Assembly: GCA_009691715.1 (NCBI GenBank)
Contig: SIAN01000016.1
Coordinates: 389-64,388 of the forward strand
Direction: 5' to 3'
Length of the DNA stretch: 64,000 bases
Source: Planctomycetota bacterium
GTDB lineage: Bacteria; Planctomycetota; B15-G4; SIAN01
The translations under genes and the position numbers were made by a program. The notes under the pieces were generated by a model. That model had not been told where the DNA came from. It saw only the letters and a list, made by a program, of their open reading frames with translations, and searched no databases. Shown here in pieces: positions 41,837 to 50,316 of this stretch (its first letter is position 1; each line of letters begins with the position of its first letter).

Positions 41837-42001
41837 TCGCCACGTGATCTGAATGGCCCGCGCGCTGCGCTCTGCGCGACGCTCGCGCTACTATCCCCCG
41901 CGGTTGGGCGGCCCTGGGAGGGGACGGTCGATCCTGCTCCAAGCGCCTCATTTCCTGTAGCGGGAAGGGGGCACCATGGCCGTTCGCTGCGAGTACCTTG
42001 C

Positions 42002-44953
42002 GTGGCGAGCGAGCGGACGAAAGAACTGTCGTCGTTAATTTGGTTCGGCGCGGGAGCATTCCTGCTGGCCGCCATGGCGTCCTATTCCGAAGACGTGCTT
42101 CCCCTCCTGGGGACAGAGCGCTGGCATAACGTCTGTGGTCCGGCGGGATTCGTGCTCGCGCGCGCGCTGCTCTCGCAACTGGGTTACGCGGCCTACCTGA
42201 TCCCGCTGGCCCTGATCGGTGAGGGGGCGCGGCTGTTCGCCCGACTGCCGTCGCGACCGCTGAAGGTCCGCGTGTTCGGAATCCTGCTGTTCATGCCGGT
42301 GTTGGCCGCGGCGCTGCACGATCTGCTCGGCGGCTACAGCACGCGCATCCCCGATCCGGGCGGCGAATTCGGCATCTGGCTCGCCGGACTGCTCAAGCAC
42401 GATGGCGGTCTCGGATCGGTCGGTGGTCGGATCGCGTTGACGATGTTGCTGCTGATCACCTTCGTCCTCTACGCCGACCTGCTCTATTCGCGCTCGGCAG
42501 CGTCGGTACTGAACTGGCTCGGAGAGCGTGGAGGAGTGCTCGCGTTCGTCCGCGGCGGAGCGCCAGTCGGAGGCGCGACCATGCTCGCGGGAGCTTCGGC
42601 AGCGGGAGCCGCGCTCGCGCCGGCCAGAAGTTGGTGGCGGCGAGGCGACGTGGCGCTCGACGCGAAGAATGACGTCGCGCCGAACGATGCCGACGATCCG
42701 TTCGAAGGCGTGGATTCGATCGAGAGCACAGCGGAGCTCCAGAGCACAGCGGATATCGAGAGCAACGAAGAACTCGACGCGGAGCTCGATCGCGCGCTCG
42801 CGCAGCCGTCGAGAGGTGCGAGGAAGCAGAAGAAGAAGAACTCGAAGCGATTGTTGTCCGCTGTCGACGCGGCGATGGAGAGCGACGCCGTCGAAGTCGA
42901 GTACCCGGTCGCCGAGCCGATCGACGAGGAGTTGCTCGAACGGCGCCCGCCAACGCCGGCCGAACGCGAGGTCGCAGCGCGCGCTTCCGCACTGGTCGAG
43001 GCGAAGGCGAAGGCTGAGGCCGACGCGCAGGCGGCGACCGCGAAGGCGATCCGCGATGCGGTCGCGAAGAGTGGTGCGCCGGCGACGAAAGCTGCGACGG
43101 CGGCGCGAGTCGCCGTCGAAACGACCCACCACGGAACGTCCGACACCGAGCTCCTCGAGGAACTCGAAGCCGATCGCGACGTCGACGCGAAGTCCGAAGT
43201 TTCGACGTTCGCTGCGATCCGGCCGAGTGCGCCTGCTCGCAAGAGCCCGCCGCCGATGACGCACGCGATCCTGCAGACGCCGGAAGCCCCGGAGCAGGAG
43301 CCGAGCCGTCCCTACGTCTTTCCTTCGTTCCAACTGCTCGATCCGCCCGAACGCGACAGCGGCGGCGACTTCCTCAAGTTCACCGAAGAGGCGGCACGCA
43401 AACTCACCACGGCGCTCCGTTCGTTCAAGGTCGAGGCGCGCGTGGTCGGCGTGCAGCGCGGGCCCTCGATCACGATGCTCGAAGTCGAGCTCGCGCCCGG
43501 CACCAAGCTGACGCGACTGCGCGCGCTCGAGGACGATCTCGCGATGGCGCTCGCCGCCCAGAGCGTGCGCATCGTCGCGCCGATCCCCAACAAGTCGACC
43601 GCCGGGATCGAGATCCCCAACGACGCGCGCGCCGTCGTGCGCATGTCGGAGTTGCTGCAGTGGCCGGGCTTCAACCCGCAGAAGTACGCCATCCCGATTT
43701 GCCTCGGCAAGGACTCGAGCGGCGCGCCGCGCATCGAGGACCTCGCCAAGATGCCGCATCTGCTCGTCGCCGGCTCGACCGGCTCGGGAAAGTCGGTCTG
43801 CCTCAACACGTTGATCATGTCGATCCTGTTCACGCGCACGCCGGACCAGGTGAAGCTGATCCTGATCGACCCGAAGATGGTCGAGCTGTCGTCGTTCCAG
43901 AACGTGCCGCACCTCATGTGCCCGGTCGTGACCGACATGAAGCGCGCGGCCGGGATCCTCGAATGGGCGTGCGAGAAGATGGAGGAGCGCTACGCGCTGC
44001 TGCACAAGGTGGGCGTGCGCAACATCTACGCCTACAACAAGCTCGGCGAAGACGAGGTCAAGCTGCGCCTCGGCGACGAGCTCTCCCAAGATTTCGAGAC
44101 GACGCTGCCGTTCATCGTGATCGTCATGGACGAACTCGCCGACCTGATGCTGCAGCACGGCAAGGACGTCGAGCAGTTCATCACGCGCCTGGCGCAGAAG
44201 TCGCGGGCGGTCGGCATTCACGTGATCTTGGCGACGCAACGTCCGTCGACCAACGTGATCACCGGCTTGATCAAGGCCAACCTGCCGACGCGCATCGCAT
44301 TCCGCGTGACCAGCAAGATCGACTCGCGCGTCATCCTCGATCACAACGGCGCCGACAAGCTGCTCGGCCAGGGCGACATGCTCTATATCCCGCCCGGCAG
44401 CGCCGATCTTTCGCGCGTGCAGGGCTGTTTCGTGACCGACCAGGAGATTCGCGTCGTCGTCGACTACCTAGCGCAGCAGGGGCCGCCGAAGTACTCGCGC
44501 GAATTGGTGCAGAAGCGCAACTCGTCGGACAAGGATCCCGGCGAGATCGACGACCTGTTCGACGAGGCGGCGAAGTTCGTTGTGGAGACGCAGCGCGGCT
44601 CGGCGTCGCTGCTGCAGCGCCGCTTCGCGATCGGCTACACCCGCGCGTCGCGGCTGATCGACCTGATGGCGAACGACGGGCTGCTCGGCGAATTCAAGGG
44701 CAGCCAGGCGCGCGAGGTCGTGTGCACGAGTCTCGAAGAGCTCGAGCAACGACGTGCCGAACAGCGCAAGGCGCGCGGCGCCAAGCTGACGGCATCCGTG
44801 GATGCTCGAAGTGGCGACTCTTCCGGCAGCGAATCCGCGGTCGGCGTGGCGGACGCCGACCCCGGAATGTCTGAGGCCGACGGCGACGAAAAGAACGGCG
44901 ACAAAAAGAACGGCGACGAAAAGAACGGCGACGAGCAGGAGGGGAAGGCATGA
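42002..44953 (+). CDS. ftsK: DNA translocase FtsK (4TM + linker + motor + gamma domain)
   Basis: GTG start. N-terminal TMs. VAGSTGSGKSVCLN Walker A, VIVMDELADLM. Gamma domain LLQRRFAIGYTRASRLIDLMANDGLL. NGDEK repeats at the C-terminus. Confidence 0.93.
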   Translation: MASERTKELSSLIWFGAGAFLLAAMASYSEDVLPLLGTERWHNVCGPAGFVLARALLSQLGYAAYLIPLALIGEGARLFARLPSRPLKVRVFGILLFMPVLAAALHDLLGGYSTRIPDPGGEFGIWLAGLLKHDGGLGSVGGRIALTMLLLITFVLYADLLYSRSAASVLNWLGERGGVLAFVRGGAPVGGATMLAGASAAGAALAPARSWWRRGDVALDAKNDVAPNDADDPFEGVDSIESTAELQSTADIESNEELDAELDRALAQPSRGARKQKKKNSKRLLSAVDAAMESDAVEVEYPVAEPIDEELLERRPPTPAEREVAARASALVEAKAKAEADAQAATAKAIRDAVAKSGAPATKAATAARVAVETTHHGTSDTELLEELEADRDVDAKSEVSTFAAIRPSAPARKSPPPMTHAILQTPEAPEQEPSRPYVFPSFQLLDPPERDSGGDFLKFTEEAARKLTTALRSFKVEARVVGVQRGPSITMLEVELAPGTKLTRLRALEDDLAMALAAQSVRIVAPIPNKSTAGIEIPNDARAVVRMSELLQWPGFNPQKYAIPICLGKDSSGAPRIEDLAKMPHLLVAGSTGSGKSVCLNTLIMSILFTRTPDQVKLILIDPKMVELSSFQNVPHLMCPVVTDMKRAAGILEWACEKMEERYALLHKVGVRNIYAYNKLGEDEVKLRLGDELSQDFETTLPFIVIVMDELADLMLQHGKDVEQFITRLAQKSRAVGIHVILATQRPSTNVITGLIKANLPTRIAFRVTSKIDSRVILDHNGADKLLGQGDMLYIPPGSADLSRVQGCFVTDQEIRVVVDYLAQQGPPKYSRELVQKRNSSDKDPGEIDDLFDEAAKFVVETQRGSASLLQRRFAIGYTRASRLIDLMANDGLLGEFKGSQAREVVCTSLEELEQRRAEQRKARGAKLTASVDARSGDSSGSESAVGVADADPGMSEADGDEKNGDKKNGDEKNGDEQEGKA
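44882..44935 (+). repeat. 15-nt in-frame tandem repeat (ggcgacgaaaagaac, about 3.5 copies) at the ftsK 3' end
   Basis: Read directly. Confidence 0.9.
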
Positions 44954-46950
44954 CCCTGGGTATTGCGACGACGGCGGGATTCCTCGGCGGCTGGACCACC
45001 GGCTGCATCGTGCTGCTGATCGGAGTCTGGCTTTTCCTGGCGCTGCTCGGCATCCGGAACGGCCGCTTCCCGTGGCGCGTGGTCGGAGGCGGGACGTTCA
45101 TCGTCGGCTCGGCGCTGTGGCTCGGGATGCATCCGGCGCATGCGAGCGCGTGGGAGGTAGACGCCGGCTATCTCGGCTTCGCCGCGGAGTCGTCTCTGCT
45201 GCAGCCCGGCGGGTCGCAGGTGGCGCAGAACCTGCTGGCGGCGTTGCTGGCCGCGTGCTCGGTGCTCGGTCTGTTGGTCGCGATCGATTGGCTGCCGCTG
45301 ATGCCGTTTGCGCCGCTGCTCGGCCACGTCGAAGCGCGGCTCGTGCGCGCCGCAGACGCGCGAGCCGCAGCTCGTGCCGCAGCGGCCGCAGCCGCTCGCC
45401 AGCAGGCGTTGGCAACGGCGATCAGGCCGGGGTCCACCGCCGCCACCATGGTTCTGCACTCGACGGCGACGATCGATTCGCCGACGCTGCAGGCCACACC
45501 CGCTGCGCCGCCGCTGTCGCTGGCCGACGCTGCCGCGGTCGTGTCAGCCGGGGTCGCGATCGCGAACGTTGAACTCGACGCCGTGTCGTCCGCAGAGGTC
45601 GCCGACGCCATCGAGACGGAGAATCTGGAGCCGCGACCGACCGTCACCAGTCTTTGGGATCGCTTCAAGCCGCGCGCTTCGGTTTCGCCGGAGGCGCCCC
45701 CGGACGAGAACGCGGTGGACAACGAGGCCGGGGCGACGGATAACTCCTCGCTTGAATTGGGCGTAAGCCGCGCTGAGGCGGCGCCCTTGACGGATGCTCC
45801 GACCAACTTGGCGATCAAGTCGACCACGGAGCCGCAGGCGCAGATCGAGGCGTCAACGCCTGCGGCGGACCCAGAACAAAAGGACTCTCCTGTGCCCGAT
45901 CACGATCTTGAAGACGAAGTGACGATGCCTTCTGACGCGGAATCCGCGGTGGCGACGATCGATGGAGTTCCGTCGCCGATCGCTGATCGCGACATCGCTG
46001 ATCTTGACAGTGCAGCCGCGAGCGTTGCAGTCCCCGACGTGGCGGTCGGCGAGACGATCGCGCCGCGCCGCAAGAAGAAAGACGACGAGCCCGCCGAGTC
46101 GCCTCCTGAGGAGGAGCCGGGCGAGGGCGACGACAAAGAGGGCGACGACAAAGAGGGCGACGACAAAGAGGGCGACGACAAAGAGGGCGACGACGAGCTC
46201 GAGGAGGATGAGGAAGAGTGGGAGGAAGACGACGACGAAAAGAAGAAGGAGGGCGACGAAGAGAAGGAGGAAGACGAGGACGAGGAGTGGGACGACGACG
46301 AGGAGACGGACGAGCCTGACGACGACGAGTCGGGAGGTGAGGAGGATGACGCGAAGGAAGGGGACGACGCGGACGACGCGGAGGAGGACGACGAGGAGGC
46401 GGACGACGGCGACGACCAGAGTTCGTCGACGGATCCCGTGCCGCAGTCGATCGCCGCTGTTTCCTCTTCGATCGAAGTGGCGCCGTTGATTGAAGTCGCG
46501 CCATCGATCGAAGGCGCGCCGGCTGAGTCGGTCACTGCCGATGTTCCTTCGACGGCGTCCGCACCGATCGTCGAAGTCGTTGCGATCGACACTTCCAGCA
46601 TCGAATTGCCGCTGACCGACGCGCCGGTGATCGAGGTTGCTGCGCCGGTGGCGCGTGCGCCGGTCGCGCCCACGCAGGCGCCGATCTCCCGCCCGCCGCT
46701 CCCGCCGACGCTCTTCGCCGAGCTCCCCGCCGACGAGCGCGAACTCCTCGGCCGCGCGACTGAGCTGCTCCTGCGACTCGAAAGCGTGTCGTTGTCTAAG
46801 CTGCAGCGCGAGCTCGCGATCACCTACTACTCGGCTGCCCGCGTCTTCGAACGGCTGGAGAAGGAAGGCTTCGTGGCGCCTTACACCGGAAGTCTTGCGC
46901 GGCTGGTCAGGATCACACGGACCGAATGGGATGCGCGCCTGCGGGCGTGA
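44950..46950 (+). CDS. Motor-less FtsK-like membrane protein: N-terminal TM segments, very acidic disordered linker, C-terminal FtsK-gamma-like winged helix
   Basis: ATGA overlap with ftsK. 3-4 hydrophobic segments. EGDDK x4.8 and long D/E runs. C-terminus SLSKLQRELAITYYSAARVFERLEKEGFVAPYTGSLARLV aligns to the gamma motif S.LQR...IGY.RA.R....E..G.V. Confidence 0.85.
   Translation: MTLGIATTAGFLGGWTTGCIVLLIGVWLFLALLGIRNGRFPWRVVGGGTFIVGSALWLGMHPAHASAWEVDAGYLGFAAESSLLQPGGSQVAQNLLAALLAACSVLGLLVAIDWLPLMPFAPLLGHVEARLVRAADARAAARAAAAAAARQQALATAIRPGSTAATMVLHSTATIDSPTLQATPAAPPLSLADAAAVVSAGVAIANVELDAVSSAEVADAIETENLEPRPTVTSLWDRFKPRASVSPEAPPDENAVDNEAGATDNSSLELGVSRAEAAPLTDAPTNLAIKSTTEPQAQIEASTPAADPEQKDSPVPDHDLEDEVTMPSDAESAVATIDGVPSPIADRDIADLDSAAASVAVPDVAVGETIAPRRKKKDDEPAESPPEEEPGEGDDKEGDDKEGDDKEGDDKEGDDELEEDEEEWEEDDDEKKKEGDEEKEEDEDEEWDDDEETDEPDDDESGGEEDDAKEGDDADDAEEDDEEADDGDDQSSSTDPVPQSIAAVSSSIEVAPLIEVAPSIEGAPAESVTADVPSTASAPIVEVVAIDTSSIELPLTDAPVIEVAAPVARAPVAPTQAPISRPPLPPTLFAELPADERELLGRATELLLRLESVSLSKLQRELAITYYSAARVFERLEKEGFVAPYTGSLARLVRITRTEWDARLRA
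46126..46197 (+). repeat. 15-nt in-frame perfect tandem repeat (ggcgacgacaaagag, about 4.8 copies; GDDKE)
   Basis: Read directly. Confidence 0.95.
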
Positions 46951-46974
46951 GCCCGCTGGCACACACCGCTCGCT

Positions 46975-47577
46975 GTGACGCTCGCCAACAAGATCACGAC
47001 CGGGCGACTCGCGCTTGCCGTGGTGCTGTTTGTCCTGTTCGACCTGCTCGGGCGCGAGCCGCTGCCAGGCTGGCCGCTCGCGGCGGTCTGCTGCGCCTTG
47101 TTCGTCCTAGTGACGGCCACCGACGCGCTCGACGGCTACTACGCCCGCAAACTCGGACAAGTGAGCGACTTCGGCCGCATCGCCGACCCCGCCGCCGACA
47201 AGGTGATCATCTGCGGCAGCTTCGTCTTCCTGTCGGCGGTGAGCTGGGGTCGCGAGATCGTCCCGCCCTGGATCGTGGTCACGATCCTCTGCCGCGAATT
47301 CATCGTCACGGCGTTGCGCGGATACATGGAACGCAAGGGGCATGACTTCGGCGCCGATCCGGCGGGCAAGATGAAGATGATGATCCAGTGCATCGCGGTG
47401 CCGTCGGTGCTTTGCTACCGGATCGCGCAGGACGGACTCTCTGACCAGTGGCCGTCGTTGCCGATGGCGATTCGTTGGGTTGCGATCGTGCTGGTGTGGG
47501 CGACGCTGCTGGTGACGGTGTGGAGCGGCCTGCGTTATGTCCGCAAGGCGGCCATCCACTTGAGGGAGGGGTTGTGA
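46975..47577 (+). CDS. pgsA: CDP-diacylglycerol--glycerol-3-phosphate 3-phosphatidyltransferase
   Basis: GTG start. DALDGYYARKLGQVSDFGRIADPAADK is the CDP-alcohol transferase motif. Confidence 0.88.
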   Translation: MTLANKITTGRLALAVVLFVLFDLLGREPLPGWPLAAVCCALFVLVTATDALDGYYARKLGQVSDFGRIADPAADKVIICGSFVFLSAVSWGREIVPPWIVVTILCREFIVTALRGYMERKGHDFGADPAGKMKMMIQCIAVPSVLCYRIAQDGLSDQWPSLPMAIRWVAIVLVWATLLVTVWSGLRYVRKAAIHLREGL

Positions 47578-48116
47578 CGCAACGAGGTCCCGCGCCGCAA
47601 GGTGTCGGCCGCAAGCCGCCAACCGCGCTCGACCGCGTGAAGGCGGCGATCGTGTCGAGTTGCGGGCTTGGCTACGCGCCGGTGGCGTCAGGGACGTTCG
47701 GCACGCTCGGAGGCGTCGCGGTCGCGCTGTTCTTGGCGCATGTCGCCGTGCCGCAATGGGGCTGGCACTTCGGCCTGGCCGCCGCCGTCGCGGCCGCGAT
47801 CTGCCTGGTCGTCGGGATCGCGCTCGGCGGTTGGGCAGAGCGCTACTACGGCTTCAAAGACCCCAAGCCGTTCGTGCTCGACGAGGTCCTCGGTTACCTG
47901 GTTGCGGTGCTTCGTCTGAAGGGAGGAGTTCCCGGCGCGAACGAGTTGATCCTCGCGTTCTTCGCCTTCCGCCTGTTCGACGTCCTCAAACCGCCGCCGG
48001 CGCGCCGGCTCGAATTCCTGCCGAAGGGCGTCGGCATCATGCTCGACGACCTGGTCGCCGGGCTCTATGCGCTCGCGCTGGTGGTCGTGGTGCGCGACTC
48101 GAACGTGTGGCAGTGA
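47574..48116 (+). CDS. pgpA: Phosphatidylglycerophosphatase A
   Basis: GTGA overlap with pgsA. GLGYAPVASGTFGTLGGV..., FVLDEVLGY, FRLFDVLKP. Confidence 0.85.
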   Translation: MTQRGPAPQGVGRKPPTALDRVKAAIVSSCGLGYAPVASGTFGTLGGVAVALFLAHVAVPQWGWHFGLAAAVAAAICLVVGIALGGWAERYYGFKDPKPFVLDEVLGYLVAVLRLKGGVPGANELILAFFAFRLFDVLKPPPARRLEFLPKGVGIMLDDLVAGLYALALVVVVRDSNVWQ

Positions 48117-48207
48117 GGAGGCTGATCGCGTCGAGTGTGCCGGCTCTGCCAACCGTTCGAACCGTGCCGACCGTCCGCGAAGATCGTGCGCAGAGGGAGA
48201 GGCACCG

Positions 48208-49902
48208 ATGAAGCCGGCGAGCAAACGTAAGCCTGTCGCTCGCGCCGTCGGCGAAGAGTCGTCGATCGACCTCAAGGCGGTCCGCCGCGCGCGTTCCTCG
48301 GGACTCGGTGTCGCCGCCCAGTTTTCGCTGGCGATGTCTGGCACGATCGCGGTGTCGTTGCTGGTGTTCGGACTGATCCTCTATCGGAACCTTGCCGGGA
48401 GCCTCTCCGCCGAGATCGACGCGACCGGCGTGCAGGCGGTCCGCGCGCTGGCAGTGGTCGACGCCAACTGTTGGGAGCCGTTCCACGAGACGGCGCTCGA
48501 GGGACGTGGCGTGGAGGAGCGCTCCGAGCGTGGCCTACCGCCGGTGCACATGGAGAAGGAGCCGAAAGCGCAGTTCGAGCGCCGCGAGCCGCAAAATCGC
48601 GAGCGGCTGCGGCGGCTGATCGAAGCGATTGGCACCAAACTGCTCGACGTCGCGATCCTCGATCCGACGATGAAGCAGGTGATCCTCGGTGATGCGCTTT
48701 CGTTCGAACTGGAGGCGACGCGGGACTTCGCCGAGGTCTCGATCCAGGAGGGCGTCTACAACGCCAACGCCGGCACCGTGCGACAGAAGCGGACAAAGGC
48801 GCGCGTTTACGCCGCCGACGTGCGTGACGAGATCGGCCGGATTTCTGCGCGCGCCGTCGTCGCGCTTTCCGCGGAGAAGATCGAGGAGACCCTGCACGGC
48901 GTCCTCGTCAACATGCTGCTGCAGGTGCTGCTGTTTCTCGGCGGCGGCGTTCTGATCTCCTGGCTGCTCTCGCAGCGCATCACGCGGCCGATCAAACAGC
49001 TGGCAGCGGACATCGACACGGTCGCCGGCGGGCGCCTCGAACATCGCACGCATTCGCACAGCAACGATGAGATTGGCGTGCTGGCGCGCAACTTCGATCG
49101 CATGACCCAGAATCTGTTCGCGCTCCAGGGAGTGCTCCGCCAGCAGGCGGCGGCGGAGCACCAGATCGAGGTCGTGCGCGAGGTGCAGGCGGCGCTGCTG
49201 CCGGAGAAGCTCCCGGCGGTCGCTGGTTTCGAATGCCACGCGGCTGCGCGGCCGGCGGCGAAGGTCGCCGGCGATTTCTACGACGTCTCCGAGATGGGGG
49301 GCGGCGCCAAGCTCGCCGCGGTGGTCTCAGCCTCCGGCAGCGGCGTCGCGGGCGCGATGGTCGTGACCATGGCGCGATCGCTGCTGAAGGCGCTGGCCGG
49401 GGCGGAGTCGTCGCCGGCTGAGTTGTTGCGGCGCGTCAACCGGCTGCTCGCGCCTGACTTGCGGCGCGGCATGTACGTCTCCGCGCTGCTGGTGCGGATC
49501 GAGCCGGCGACTGGGCGAATCGTGGTCGCGAATGCCGGGCACACGCCACTCCTGCTCTGCCGCGCGGGCGCCGGCGCGGCGGAACCGTTCCACAGCGACG
49601 GCATCGCGCTGGGATTCGACAAGGGCCCGATCTTCGATCGCACGATCAAGGACAAAGAGCTCGATCTGTCGGCCGGCGCGCGCCTGTTGCTCTGCACCCG
49701 GGCGCTCTTCGCGATCAAGAACGTCGATGGTCGCGAGCTTGGCGAGGAATCGGCGCATCGGCTGTTCGCGCGGGAGGCAGGCAAGAGCGGCGAGACTTTC
49801 GTCGAAGCGACGCTCGCAGCGATCGAGGCGTATCGCGCCGGCGCCGAGGTGGTCGACGACGTGACCTTCCTCACGCTCCGTCGCGTCGGTGGCTCGAAGT
49901 GA
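48208..49902 (+). CDS. Membrane HAMP-domain PP2C/SpoIIE-type serine phosphatase
   Basis: ATG 48208. TM. HAMP (RITRPIKQLAADIDTVAGGRLEHR..NDEIGVLARNFDRM). VAGDFYDV...SGSGVAGAM is a SpoIIE signature. Confidence 0.85.
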   Translation: MKPASKRKPVARAVGEESSIDLKAVRRARSSGLGVAAQFSLAMSGTIAVSLLVFGLILYRNLAGSLSAEIDATGVQAVRALAVVDANCWEPFHETALEGRGVEERSERGLPPVHMEKEPKAQFERREPQNRERLRRLIEAIGTKLLDVAILDPTMKQVILGDALSFELEATRDFAEVSIQEGVYNANAGTVRQKRTKARVYAADVRDEIGRISARAVVALSAEKIEETLHGVLVNMLLQVLLFLGGGVLISWLLSQRITRPIKQLAADIDTVAGGRLEHRTHSHSNDEIGVLARNFDRMTQNLFALQGVLRQQAAAEHQIEVVREVQAALLPEKLPAVAGFECHAAARPAAKVAGDFYDVSEMGGGAKLAAVVSASGSGVAGAMVVTMARSLLKALAGAESSPAELLRRVNRLLAPDLRRGMYVSALLVRIEPATGRIVVANAGHTPLLLCRAGAGAAEPFHSDGIALGFDKGPIFDRTIKDKELDLSAGARLLLCTRALFAIKNVDGRELGEESAHRLFAREAGKSGETFVEATLAAIEAYRAGAEVVDDVTFLTLRRVGGSK

Positions 49903-50231
49903 CGCTCGCCGAATTCCAGCGCCTCATCGATGCGATTTACGGCGCGAAGGACCGCGGCCGCGGGCTCGAAGGCACGTTCATGTGGTTCACCGAGGAAGTG
50001 GGCGAGTTGTCACGGGCGCTGCGCCGCGGCAAGCAGGGGCCGCCGCTCGAGGAGGAGTTCGCCGACGTGCTGGCATGGCTTGCCACGCTTGCGAGCATCG
50101 CCGGCGTCGACCTCGAGGCAGCGGCGCGCGCCAAGTACGCCACCGGCTGTCCGCGCTGCGCTTCCATCCCGTGCCGGTGCGCCGAGCCGCTGCGACCGAC
50201 GGCACCTGCGACGCCCTCGATCGGGTGCTGA
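49899..50231 (+). CDS. Small MazG-like all-alpha NTP pyrophosphohydrolase with Cys-rich C-terminal tail
   Basis: GTGA overlap with the upstream gene. ..EEVGELSRAL....EEEFADVLAWL.. is a MazG-type EExxE/D motif. Tail CPRCASIPCRC. Confidence 0.75.
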   Translation: MTLAEFQRLIDAIYGAKDRGRGLEGTFMWFTEEVGELSRALRRGKQGPPLEEEFADVLAWLATLASIAGVDLEAAARAKYATGCPRCASIPCRCAEPLRPTAPATPSIGC

Positions 50232-50316
50232 CAGCGAGGCCCTGCGTCGGCCGTCACCGGGGCGGATGGCTAGCGTCTCGCATCGCGCGGCGGAATCTCC
50301 GCCGAGGCGCAGGGCC

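Noticed and set aside
42035-44344. 769-aa ORF antisense to ftsK
   Set aside because: Shadow ORF. The sense strand has unambiguous FtsK Walker and gamma motifs.
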